NCBI GenBank assembly: GCA_947565505.1
Contig: CANOGH010000001.1
Coordinates: 1-48,241 of the forward strand
Length of the DNA: 48,241 nt
Direction of reading: 5' to 3'
DNA from: an uncultured Candidatus Saccharibacteria bacterium
GTDB taxonomy: Bacteria; Patescibacteriota; Saccharimonadia; Saccharimonadales; Saccharimonadaceae
The position numbers were made by a program, and so were the translations under genes. Shown in pieces: positions 7,996-17,381 of the stretch (the stretch's first letter is position 1; every line of letters starts with the position of its first letter). Below the pieces are notes generated by a model. It had not been told where the DNA came from. It was given only the letters and a program-made list of their open reading frames with translations, and searched no databases.

Positions 7996-10797
7996 CTATT
8001 TTTTAGGCCTATTTTTGTTGAAATGACGGTTTGGTTTGAAACTTCTTTTGTTCTGGTTCCCTGGGGTGGTTTTGGGATTAGGCGCAGGCTTGTCTTCTGC
8101 TGATGTACCGGTTTTTATGGGAGTATTGTCCGATGTCTGGCTCTGTTTGGCGATGAGTTCGCTAAGGTTAGCCAAGGTGGCGCGATCATCTTTGCCCTCA
8201 GCGGAATTGGGCGACAGTTTAAGCTTTTTAAAATCAGCTTGCGGAGTGGGGTCTGGACGATACTGAAAATTGCTATTAACTGGTGGTAAATTGGGAATAA
8301 ACGGCCTTTCAGCGCCGCTAGTTCCCTGCCCGGCTTGACGACCAGAATCAGAAAGTTCTTGTTTATACTTGTTGGCACCTTCGATAGTTTCACGAATCTC
8401 TGCTTCAATTTCGGCTTTAGGACGAGCATTGACGCGGCGGGAATACTCCACAATTTCGTCAAAATTGTCTTCTGGAGTTTTTGGTAGAGCTAAGGTAGTA
8501 GCAGAAAAGGCGGGGGCTTTTTCGCCGGCAATGATCATGGAAATGACGAAGTGGCGGTTATTCATTTGGATGAGGTCGGACTGGTCGAAGATAGGTTCAA
8601 ATTGTTTAGAGAGGATCGGCGCATCGTCAGCAGAAACGCGGAAAGAAATGGTGGTACCAACGTTACCGAAAACAGCATCTCTGACTGATTCTGTCATTTG
8701 AGAAATGTACTGGTTGGCTACAGTGAGATTTAAGCCATATTTTCTGGCTTCAGACAAGATTACGGCGAAGGAGTCAGTCGCGAAGTTCTGGAACTCGTCC
8801 ACGTAGAGATAAAACGGACGACGATCAGCGACATCGGGGATATCACTGCGGCTCATGGCGGCTAGCTGCACTTTGGTAACAATGAAGGCGCCGAGAATTG
8901 CGGCATTATCTTCGCCGATTAGCCCTTTAGAGAGGTTAACTGCTAGAATTTTACCTTCGTCCATAATCTTGCGAATATCAAAGCTAGATTTTGGCTGTCC
9001 GATGATATTTCGAATAATAGGGTTGGCGGTAAAGGCACCGACCTTATTGAGCACTGGTGCAATACTTTCATTGATCTGCTTTTCATTCCATTGACCAAAC
9101 TCGTGTTTCCAGAATTGTAACACGGTTACATCTTGGCAGTAATCGAGAGTTTCTTTGCGGAAGTCTTTATCAGTAAGCAGTCTGGAAATATCAAGTAAAG
9201 TGGTTTCGGGCCGATCTAGCAGGGCGAGTAGAGTATATCTTAAGATGTGTTCAAGTCGTGGGCCCCAAGAGTCGCCAAACATGCGTTTTAGCACGCCAAT
9301 AACTTCCGAACAGACGTTGGGCTTACGGGAAGGGTCACTAAGTTCAAGGGGATTAAAGGCTACCGGATAATCAATATCGGAAGGGTTGAAATAAATGACA
9401 TCCTGAATGCGGCTTTTGGGCACGAAGCGGAGATTATTGGTGGCGAAGTCACCGTGAGGGTCGACAATACAATATCCTTGATTATAAAAAACGTCAGATA
9501 GGGCAAATAACTCGAGCATACCACTTTTACCAGCACCAGTTTGTCCGATGATATAGACGTGACGAGAACGATCACGACGCAGTAGCCCAAATTGGTGATT
9601 AATTCCACGAAAATTGGTTAGACCGAAGGCGGAAATGTTTTCATCGTGTTGCGGGTCGCCAATAATTAATGGTAATTTTGCGGGAGGCTCGGCGGTTTTA
9701 GACGTAGCCCAGACGATGTTAGGAGTTTCTACACTGGTATGCGGGAGGTGATAAACGCTGGCGAGCTCAGAGATATTAAGGATGAAGCCATTATCTGCAA
9801 ATTTACGAAGTTTGAAGTCATCAAGGTCTTCCATTTTAAAACTACCACCTGTAAGCTTGAAACCGTTCAGGTTAGTGGAATTGTATTGTTTAAACGTGCC
9901 GACTAGGGCTTGCATGTTGAGCTTGGCGTTGATCTGGTCCTTACCAAGATAGGCAAGCCGAATTTTAACCTCGTAGCCTAATTTGGTGGCTTTTTCTTCA
10001 GCTTTAGCAATACGGGTTTTGTCGCGTTCGGAAAGTTCAACTTTCTTAGCGTTTTCGCCGCTGCCGCCAGTAGGAGGGGTAAAGAGCGCGCCAAGAGCTT
10101 CTATGATCCAAGTCCAGTCGATGCCTAGTCCACCAATATTAATGAGTTTCTTGCCACTTTTAACTCGTTTCACCCACTTGTCCGTAGTGTTTTTGTGCCA
10201 ATCATCCGGTATCGGCCGGGTAAGAATTTGGATCCATAGTTCTTCAGAGTTGTCTGCGTCTAGTTTTGCTAGAGTTCCGGTGATACCGGCCAATGGGTCA
10301 ACCTCAAAAGTGTCAAAGGTTTTAATTGGCAAGGCTTCATTTTCGGTTAGGCTAAGTTCGGCTGAATAAACTGTGGGATACTTTTCGCGATCATCAATGT
10401 AGTCATCTTGTATTTTGTAGATTTGAACAGTAGGGTATTGGGCATAGATTTGCCCTTCTACGAAGCTTTGGAGGATTTTGGGCACCCAGACGTAGAAGCG
10501 AATTTGTCCAGCAGTAGAGACAATTTCAAAACTGAGATGTTCCTGTACGCCGTTAGAATTTTTGAGCTCTGCTTTATCGCGTAGAATACCGTGGAGGCTG
10601 GCAAAGAGTTGCTCGGCGGCTAGTTCCTTTTTGTCGTTGGCGCGCGGAATTTCCAACATCAAAAGTACTGAATCCACATTCAGTACTTTGAGACGGTTTA
10701 ATTTTTTGTAATTACGATAACTGAGGAATGCAAAAAGCAGGACAATTGGAATCCAGACGACAGGCATTAAGAGAAAATTGATAATTTGTGTAAACAT
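7996..10797 (-). CDS. VirB4/TraG/HerA-like P-loop ATPase of the CPR type
   Basis: N-terminal TM; Walker A GQTGAGKS, DPHGD, WGPRLE, Walker B LYVDEFQ, LSEARKY; low-complexity C-terminal tail. Confidence 0.85.
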   Translation of the reverse strand: MFTQIINFLLMPVVWIPIVLLFAFLSYRNYKKLNRLKVLNVDSVLLMLEIPRANDKKELAAEQLFASLHGILRDKAELKNSNGVQEHLSFEIVSTAGQIRFYVWVPKILQSFVEGQIYAQYPTVQIYKIQDDYIDDREKYPTVYSAELSLTENEALPIKTFDTFEVDPLAGITGTLAKLDADNSEELWIQILTRPIPDDWHKNTTDKWVKRVKSGKKLINIGGLGIDWTWIIEALGALFTPPTGGSGENAKKVELSERDKTRIAKAEEKATKLGYEVKIRLAYLGKDQINAKLNMQALVGTFKQYNSTNLNGFKLTGGSFKMEDLDDFKLRKFADNGFILNISELASVYHLPHTSVETPNIVWATSKTAEPPAKLPLIIGDPQHDENISAFGLTNFRGINHQFGLLRRDRSRHVYIIGQTGAGKSGMLELFALSDVFYNQGYCIVDPHGDFATNNLRFVPKSRIQDVIYFNPSDIDYPVAFNPLELSDPSRKPNVCSEVIGVLKRMFGDSWGPRLEHILRYTLLALLDRPETTLLDISRLLTDKDFRKETLDYCQDVTVLQFWKHEFGQWNEKQINESIAPVLNKVGAFTANPIIRNIIGQPKSSFDIRKIMDEGKILAVNLSKGLIGEDNAAILGAFIVTKVQLAAMSRSDIPDVADRRPFYLYVDEFQNFATDSFAVILSEARKYGLNLTVANQYISQMTESVRDAVFGNVGTTISFRVSADDAPILSKQFEPIFDQSDLIQMNNRHFVISMIIAGEKAPAFSATTLALPKTPEDNFDEIVEYSRRVNARPKAEIEAEIRETIEGANKYKQELSDSGRQAGQGTSGAERPFIPNLPPVNSNFQYRPDPTPQADFKKLKLSPNSAEGKDDRATLANLSELIAKQSQTSDNTPIKTGTSAEDKPAPNPKTTPGNQNKRSFKPNRHFNKNRPKK

Positions 10798-10843
10798 ACA
10801 ATCCTATTTTATCATAACTTGAGTAAAGTTACTACTTAGGTAA

Positions 10844-11905
10844 TTATTGGGCAGATTTTGCTAAAGTGTAGTAATCTTTGTCAACTTTATCAAACAGTTT
10901 CTTGTTCTGTAAATTTAACAGCACGGTGGTTTCCTTAACTTTGCGAGCGTGTAGTACACGTTTGACAATTTCTTCGCGGCTAAGTGGCTCGCCGGCTTCT
11001 TTGAGAATATTGGCGATGATGTCAGAAACGGTACCACGAGCGTAGCCCCAAGAACTAAGGGCGTAAATTCCGCGGCCAATCAAGACGAATCGAGAATCCT
11101 TAATTAATTCGTTATGGATCGCTTGCACGGTGACGTTTTTGCGCTTAAAGTTGGACTGCGAAATAGCCTCGGCGATTTCTGAGAAATGCATCGGCTCTTT
11201 CTTGGACTCTAGTACTACGAAGATTTTGTCACGAATGTTGCGTGGGTTAACCGTTGGCCATTTTGACAAGCCCCACAGGCCGTTGAGGGTGGCTAGCTGC
11301 TTAGAAATGGAAGCGGTAGCTTTAATGTGATCAGGGTGCTCATAATCTAGCTTTGCGTCTAGCTCGTCAATTGTCATCGGAGTTTTATTAGCCTTGATAA
11401 TTTCGACAATTTTAGCGACGCGTTCTTTGATAGTTTTCTCGTCACCATACTCAGCGATTCCGACAGTCGAGTAGAAGAGATCGTTTTCATCGATGACGGT
11501 TAAGTTCTTTGAAATTGATCCAATAAAAACTAGGTTGGCTTTTTCAACTGGGGTAGCGATGCGACCGTAAATGCGATCGGCTAAATCGGTAGTGCGAGAA
11601 AGTCGGCCAAGCTCTGTTAAATTGCGGATAATTAATTTTTCGGCGGCACCAAGATCTGGAATCTGTTCTTCGTCGGCGCCAATCCGTAAGCGCACGAGAA
11701 TAGCTTTTTCGAGTTGGCGTACGCGTTCGCGTGTAATGTTGAGTAATTCACCGATTTGTTCTAAAGTTTCTTTTTGGCCAGAGAGACCAAAGCGGCGTGC
11801 GATGATTTCGCGCTCGCGATCTTGCTCGATAATGCTCAAGCTACCTTTGATGGCTTTATCGATGATGCTGGCATTTTGCTCCATTAGGATTCCCTTCATG
11901 TCCAC
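10844..11905 (-). CDS. Sigma-70 region 4 HTH plus HARE-HTH/RpoE-like domain protein
   Basis: RRFGL..ETLEQIG..ITRERVRQLE (sigma region 4); PMHFSEIA..IHNELIKDSRFVLIGRGIYAL (HARE-HTH-like). Confidence 0.8.
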   Translation of the reverse strand: MDMKGILMEQNASIIDKAIKGSLSIIEQDREREIIARRFGLSGQKETLEQIGELLNITRERVRQLEKAILVRLRIGADEEQIPDLGAAEKLIIRNLTELGRLSRTTDLADRIYGRIATPVEKANLVFIGSISKNLTVIDENDLFYSTVGIAEYGDEKTIKERVAKIVEIIKANKTPMTIDELDAKLDYEHPDHIKATASISKQLATLNGLWGLSKWPTVNPRNIRDKIFVVLESKKEPMHFSEIAEAISQSNFKRKNVTVQAIHNELIKDSRFVLIGRGIYALSSWGYARGTVSDIIANILKEAGEPLSREEIVKRVLHARKVKETTVLLNLQNKKLFDKVDKDYYTLAKSAQ

Positions 11906-12237
11906 CCGGTTAATTTAATATTTCTACTTATATCTATCATAGCATAATTATATAGTGATGTCAATGACTTTTCTTTAGATTTTCTAGCTTAATTATATCA
12001 CTTATTTGCTAAAATTGATAAATTTTGAAAAAATGATTATGGTTTGGTTTGCTCTTATCGTTTTTGTTTGGGATTTCTTGTAATTATAAGTAAAGATTAG
12101 CTAGTTTTACTTAGATTTACAAAAAAGCGTCAACTGCGTGACGAGTCTTGTTAGGGTGTGTATATGATTTTATCAAGTCCCTATAGTTCTATTATATCAC
12201 ACATTATGTAAAAATGCAATAGTTTTTGTGAAGATTT

Positions 12238-12495
12238 TTAAAAATGGTAAAAAAGTTGAAAATTTTGATAAAACGTGTCTTCTAGATGAACTCGTGAAGA
12301 CAAAAAGTTGAATATATAATACTGTTCATGAATTGCACCTTGAGAAATAATAAAATCATATTCAATCTTCTTTATTTTCTTTCTAAGCTCCTTAGCTTGT
12401 TTTATTCCTGTTTCATTTAAGTCCTCATCTTCTCGATTATGCAAACTATATAAATTATGATTTACTTCTCCATGCCTTACTAAATATAGCTTCAT
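12238..12495 (-). pseudogene. Truncated histidine phosphatase (phosphoglycerate mutase family)
   Basis: MKLYLVRHG..LNETGIKQA..YDFIIS, then the sequence diverges where SPLxRA is expected; only 85 aa; AT-rich. Confidence 0.7.
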
Positions 12496-12505
12496 TTATT
12501 CACAC

Positions 12506-13108
12506 CTATAATCTTTTTTCATATATAAAAGCTCTTTCACTTGATACGTTTCCTAATTTGCCATGCTCTTGATTTTTAACAATGGTTTCATAGATTTTTT
12601 CGCACCCACAATTTTCATAAAACTTAAAATTACATGATTCATCTGTTAATATTTTTAGATTTTTAATATTATCTTTTTTTGCTAACTTAAATACTTCAAG
12701 TAATAATTTTTTTCCAATGTTTTTTCCTCTATAATTTTTGTCAACTATCAGTATAGAAACTTCTCCATCAAAATGATTTTCTAATTCTTTAGGTAAATAA
12801 TCATAATTGTTTTCATAAGTCTTTAAAGCCTCTAAATCCTTAATATCTTTACTTTTGTATAATTTATTTTTAATAATTGTGTAAAATCTCTTTTTCAATA
12901 AATGTTTTTTAGAATTACTTTTTGAATATCCACTAAATCCAATTAATTTTCTTCCATCCATATAGGTAATAATTTTTTCGCTTTCTTCTAATATTGTAAA
13001 TAGATCGATCCATGCACAAATATTACCTGTTGCGCCACATTCTTCTTTGCCTAAATCCCATTCATCTGCAAGAAGTTTTACCGCCTGTTTCATTTCTGAA
13101 TAATGCAT
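12506..13108 (-). CDS. GNAT-family N-acetyltransferase
   Basis: VDKNYRGKNIGKKL acetyl-CoA-binding motif and FYENCG; AGGAG RBS; very AT-rich. Confidence 0.85.
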   Translation of the reverse strand: MHYSEMKQAVKLLADEWDLGKEECGATGNICAWIDLFTILEESEKIITYMDGRKLIGFSGYSKSNSKKHLLKKRFYTIIKNKLYKSKDIKDLEALKTYENNYDYLPKELENHFDGEVSILIVDKNYRGKNIGKKLLLEVFKLAKKDNIKNLKILTDESCNFKFYENCGCEKIYETIVKNQEHGKLGNVSSERAFIYEKRL

Positions 13109-13109
13109 A

Positions 13110-13341
13110 TACTTCTCCTAATTCTCTCATCTAGTACGCTCTTTATATCTTTTAGTTCAAATTTATATTTTTGACCATTTTTATTAACTTCATCTAAAAA
13201 CATATCCTAAGGCCTTGCCTATAATTTATTATCTCCATATAAAGCGATATATGCAACTGTTTTTTCTCCTGTTTCACTAAAATCCTGATATTTCATCATA
13301 TAACATTCCTTCTGGAGTATCATTATATATTTATCTTTCAT
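13110..13341 (-). pseudogene. AT-rich degraded gene fragment
   Basis: MKDKYIMILQKECYMMKYQDFSETGEKTVAYIALYGDNKL* followed by a protein-like stretch in another frame (DEVNKNGQKYKFELKDIKSVLDE). Confidence 0.4.
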
Positions 13342-13493
13342 AAATGCCTTCCTCAGGTGCCAGGCGAAAACGAGTTGCATAGGGGATTGCGAGTTGCTTA
13401 TTAGAAGGTGTGAAAAATTTTAATGAAAAATAGTTAAAGTACCAAAATAGTAGTAATATTACTACCTTTTTGGCGTAAAAACCGCTTTATGTA

Positions 13494-13522
13494 TTGACTT
13501 TTTTAATGAAGTGTGGTATAAT
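13494..13522 (+). promoter_or_regulatory. Consensus sigma70 promoter pointing into the 3' end of topA
   Basis: TTGACT-17 bp-TATAAT with extended TG. Confidence 0.6.
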
Positions 13523-13538
13523 GGAAGTGAGAGGGTCT

Positions 13539-15956
13539 CTAAGCTTTTGCCTTGGCAGTTTTCTTAGTCGTAGATTTTTTGGTTTTAGCGGTAGTTTTAG
13601 AGGTGGACTTTTTCGTGGTTGCACTTTTGCTTCCGGTTTTTTTGGTGGTGGTCTTCCTGGCTTTCTTGGTCGTACTCGCTGTTTTGGTGGTTTTCTTGGT
13701 TCCCTTCCCTTTCCAGCCACCTTTTTTCTCTTCTAGCATTTGCTTGGCTTCTTCGAGGGTGATTTTCTTGGGGTCTTGGTCTTTGGGGATTTTGACATTA
13801 TTAAAACGCCCTGGCCCTTTGACATATGGTCCGTAAGCGCCATTAATAATCATAATCTCGTCCCAATCGGCGATGATCGTAGCTAGTTTTTCTTTGTAGA
13901 GTTTTTCGGCGGTTTTAAAGTCAATAGTGTAGGGGTCGTAATCTTTAATTTGAATATTATATTTTCCAGCTTTAAGATATGGTCCGAAAGGTCCACTTGA
14001 AGCAATGATGTTAACCCCATCTTTAGTATTACCCAAATCTCTCGGTAGGGCAGGCATGGCTAGTTGTTCTAGCGCTTCTTTCAGGGTGACAGTTTTTTCG
14101 GTTTTGCCTTTGGGCAAGGGTGCGAATCGAGGTTTTTCTCCGCTGGATTTTTCATTATCTCCTAGCTGGATAAATCCACCATTACGACCGGTTTTAGCAT
14201 AGATGGGTCGACCGGTTTTGGGTTCTTTGCCGAGTTCCCGGGCGTTATTGTACCTAGCGGCTTCATCCGATTTGAGTACTTCTTTTTGGAAGGGTTCATA
14301 AAAGTCTCGGAGCATTTTTACGCGTTCTAGTTTGTGTTCGGCGATTTTGTCCAGGTCTTCTTCGATGTTGGCAGTAAATTGGTAGTCAACGATGTTGTTA
14401 AAATTGTCAACCAAGAAGCCGGCCAATAGTTCTCCGATAGGAGTTGGTAATAATTTACCTTTGGTGGCTCCAGTTTTTTCGGTGACGATTTCGCGTTTGA
14501 TTTTGCCACGTTTGAGACTGAATTCAATTACTTCGCGAGGCTCACCTTCGGAATCACCCTTAACCGCGTAGCCTCGGGTTTGAATGGCGGACATAATGGT
14601 GGCATAGGTGGATGGGCGTCCGATTCCGAGTTTTTCTAGTTCACGCACTAGTGAACCTTCGGTGTATCTTGCAGGTGGTTTAGCGAAGTTCTGTCTCGCA
14701 ATAATTTTGGTGGATTTAAGCTGATCCCCGGCGGTTAGTGCTGGCAATTCTTCTTCCTTGGTGCGACCAGTCACTTTGAGAAAACCATCAAACACAATCA
14801 CCTCGCCCTTAGCTTCAAAAAAGTAATCGTCGGTGGTGCTAGTGGCGATCTTAATGGTGGTTTTTTCGGTTTTGGCGTCAGCCATCTGGGTAGCTAGGGT
14901 ACGATTCCTAATTAATTTATATAATTTCTTTTCGTATTCGGTTTTGCCAGCCACTTCTTGTTCGATATGGGTGGGACGAATTGCTTCGTGAGCTTCTTGG
15001 GCGCCGGCAGATTTGGTCTTAAAATTGCGAGTTTGCAGATAATTTTCACCAAAATTGGCTTTGATGTAGTTAGAAGCTTGCGCGATAGCTTGTTTAGAGA
15101 GGTTGAGGCTATCCGTACGGTGATAAGTGATTAATCCGGCTTGATAGAGCGACTGCGCGGCTGACATGGTAGTTTTGGCAGAAAAACCCAATCTAGAGTT
15201 AGCTTCAATTTGCATGCTTGCGGTAGTGAATGGTGGGCTGGGGCGTTTGACTCCAGGAGATGTGACGACATCGGTAACGGTATAATTGGCGCCTACAAGA
15301 GAATTGAGGTAACTTTCGGCGCTTTTTTCGTCTTTAAAGCTGTGATTGAGAGTGGCTGGAACTTGGTCTTCCTCTGTTTTATAGAATTCGCCAGTAACTT
15401 TAAAAGTAGATTTGCTAGCGAATTTTTCGATCTCATGTTCCCTTTCAACGATGAGCCTGAGAGCTGGTGATTGTACGCGACCGGCTGAAATTGCGCCAGG
15501 AACTTTACGGCGTACTACACCTGATAGGTCGTAACCTACGAGCATATCAAGAGTTTGCCTGGCTTGTTGCGAATGCACCATGTCCATGTCAACTTTTCTA
15601 GGGTGCTGGATAGCATCTTCAAGCGCAGGTTTAGTAATTTCGTGAAAAGTGATGCGATTGGTAGATTGGGGTAATTTCAAAACTTCAATCAAATGCCAAG
15701 AAATAGCTTCACCTTCGCGGTCTTCGTCAGTTGCGAGCCAAATGGTGTCAGCGGCGCTGGCAGCTTTTTTGAGTTTTGCAATAATATCTTTGTGTCCTGG
15801 GTCAATTTCATAAGTCACGTCAAAGGTTTCTTTGTCGACTTGGGTATCTTTACGAATATGGCCTACGGAAGCCAGTACATGAAAATCTTTACCGAGATAT
15901 TTCTCGATGGTGTTAGCTTTGGCAGGAGACTCGACAATTACTAAATTCTTTGACAT
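13539..15956 (-). CDS. topA: DNA topoisomerase I with Topo_C repeats and a Lys/Thr-rich tail
   Basis: LVIVESPAK, ATDEDREGEAI, SAGRVQS, LITYHRTDS (catalytic Tyr), QEAHEAIRPT, GIGRPSTY, GxxGPY repeats. Confidence 0.98.
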   Translation of the reverse strand: MSKNLVIVESPAKANTIEKYLGKDFHVLASVGHIRKDTQVDKETFDVTYEIDPGHKDIIAKLKKAASAADTIWLATDEDREGEAISWHLIEVLKLPQSTNRITFHEITKPALEDAIQHPRKVDMDMVHSQQARQTLDMLVGYDLSGVVRRKVPGAISAGRVQSPALRLIVEREHEIEKFASKSTFKVTGEFYKTEEDQVPATLNHSFKDEKSAESYLNSLVGANYTVTDVVTSPGVKRPSPPFTTASMQIEANSRLGFSAKTTMSAAQSLYQAGLITYHRTDSLNLSKQAIAQASNYIKANFGENYLQTRNFKTKSAGAQEAHEAIRPTHIEQEVAGKTEYEKKLYKLIRNRTLATQMADAKTEKTTIKIATSTTDDYFFEAKGEVIVFDGFLKVTGRTKEEELPALTAGDQLKSTKIIARQNFAKPPARYTEGSLVRELEKLGIGRPSTYATIMSAIQTRGYAVKGDSEGEPREVIEFSLKRGKIKREIVTEKTGATKGKLLPTPIGELLAGFLVDNFNNIVDYQFTANIEEDLDKIAEHKLERVKMLRDFYEPFQKEVLKSDEAARYNNARELGKEPKTGRPIYAKTGRNGGFIQLGDNEKSSGEKPRFAPLPKGKTEKTVTLKEALEQLAMPALPRDLGNTKDGVNIIASSGPFGPYLKAGKYNIQIKDYDPYTIDFKTAEKLYKEKLATIIADWDEIMIINGAYGPYVKGPGRFNNVKIPKDQDPKKITLEEAKQMLEEKKGGWKGKGTKKTTKTASTTKKARKTTTKKTGSKSATTKKSTSKTTAKTKKSTTKKTAKAKA

Positions 15957-16048
15957 CTATTTTATTATAGCACGGTTGTCAAGGATTAAAAAATTGGATT
16001 TTTTGGGAACTTGAAATGGAAAAGACTATACGGCGGCTGTCTTTTGAT

Positions 16049-16212
16049 GGCTAAAGGCGATGTTTTAACTGAAGACGAGAGCACTCTCACGATTCCGGTA
16101 CTTTTGCTTAATATGATTGTTCGGACGGTTAACATAGAACGAGTTCTGCATGCAGCATATTTAGCTCATTGAGTATACTGGATTGATATTTAATAAAACG
16201 CATAGTTTAGCT
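16049..16212 (+). ncRNA. Candidate rod-shaped small RNA with an internal bubble (6S-like shape)
   Basis: Nested long-range stems GCTAAA/TTTAGC, GTTTTA/TAAAAC, TCCGGTA/TACTGGA, GCTTAATATG/CATATTTAGC; G-U pairs favour the + strand. Confidence 0.35.
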
Positions 16213-16240
16213 TTTCATATTGTATGATACATTGCAAAAG

Positions 16241-17113
16241 CTATGAGATTTGACATTTTTGAGTAGTACAGTGTTCGTTTAGGTCTTCGAACTCAATGGT
16301 GAGGTGGCTGATTTGCTGTTTGGCGAGTATAGAGCTAATTTGATGTTTGAGTTTAGCATTTGGTTGAGGAGTGATGACATGAAGGGTGGCGCAGTGATGA
16401 ACGCCATCTAGACTCCAAATATGTAAATGATGAATGTCTTTAATGGTGGAGATTTCTAATAACTGTTTCTTAATTTTGGCTAATGAAATATTGGCGGGAG
16501 TTTTTTCGAGAAAGACTGCAAAAATTTCGTTCAGATTAACGAGAGCGTGCTTCAAAATAAAGAGTGCTACTAAAATTGAAAGAATGGGATCAAGGTAAGT
16601 AATATCTGTAAGGCTCATAATAATAGCTCCGGCTAACACGACAGCCCACCCTAGAACATCTTCAAGCATGTGGAGGTTGACGGATCGTTGGTTAAGCGAG
16701 TTCTTATCTCGAGTAATATAGGTGGCAATTAGGTTTACGATTACGCCTATGATGGCTAGTATAGTCATGCCGCCATAGTTAATAGGTGCTGGATTCAGAA
16801 GGTGAACAACGGCATTGTAAATTACGAAGGTAGAGCCAATCAGTAAAATGAGCGTTGTAAGGAGTCCACCAACTAACGAATAACGAATGTAGCCGTAAGT
16901 GTAATATTCGTTGGGGTGTTTGGTGCTCTTTTTTTCGAAAAAGTATGCCAGACCAATACTGATGGCGTCACCAAAATCATGGACTGCGTCAGACATAATT
17001 GCGGTGCTACCAGTGAAGGATCCACCAATAAACTCATAAATTGAAAAACCAAAGTTAAGCAGAAACGCTAATAGAATTTGATGTTGGGGTTGATGTGAAT
17101 GTTTTTTAGACAT
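16241..17113 (-). CDS. czcD: Cation diffusion facilitator (Zn/Co/Cd efflux)
   Basis: SDAVHD, YTYGY, LHMLED and HHLHIWSLDG motifs; six TM segments. Confidence 0.92.
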   Translation of the reverse strand: MSKKHSHQPQHQILLAFLLNFGFSIYEFIGGSFTGSTAIMSDAVHDFGDAISIGLAYFFEKKSTKHPNEYYTYGYIRYSLVGGLLTTLILLIGSTFVIYNAVVHLLNPAPINYGGMTILAIIGVIVNLIATYITRDKNSLNQRSVNLHMLEDVLGWAVVLAGAIIMSLTDITYLDPILSILVALFILKHALVNLNEIFAVFLEKTPANISLAKIKKQLLEISTIKDIHHLHIWSLDGVHHCATLHVITPQPNAKLKHQISSILAKQQISHLTIEFEDLNEHCTTQKCQIS

Positions 17114-17260
17114 AAAAATCCTTTATTTAAGTTATTGCTGGTTTAGCTCATCAAAAAGTCTCGCGAAAACTAGATGTGAGATTAAGATTTTATCAATATT
17201 TTATAAGAAAGGCTCAATAAATCATTGCCACCGACATTGTCTGAAATTCTAACTAGTATT

Positions 17261-17289
17261 AGTATAGTCCAAGTGTATTAAAAAAGCAA
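17261..17289 (-). promoter_or_regulatory. czcD promoter giving a ~140-nt 5' UTR
   Basis: TTGCTT-17 bp-TATACT on the minus strand. Confidence 0.55.
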
Positions 17290-17381
17290 GTTGTTCGATA
17301 AAAGGCGATGTGCTGGGTATTTTTAATAGTTTATCGAGCTTATAGTTGTATTTTGAGAAGATTTTGCTATATACTAGTCGG

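Noticed and set aside
7996-10797. Conjugative element inferred from the VirB4-like ATPase
   Set aside because: No relaxase, integrase or other tra genes; this family is a standard chromosomal gene in CPR bacteria
13487-13836. Alternate-frame and antisense ORFs over the topA tail
   Set aside because: Expected shadows of low-complexity Lys/Thr codons
17114-17255. NiCo riboswitch as a firm call
   Set aside because: Only the GTGGCAA fragment resembles it; the four-way-junction consensus is not visible
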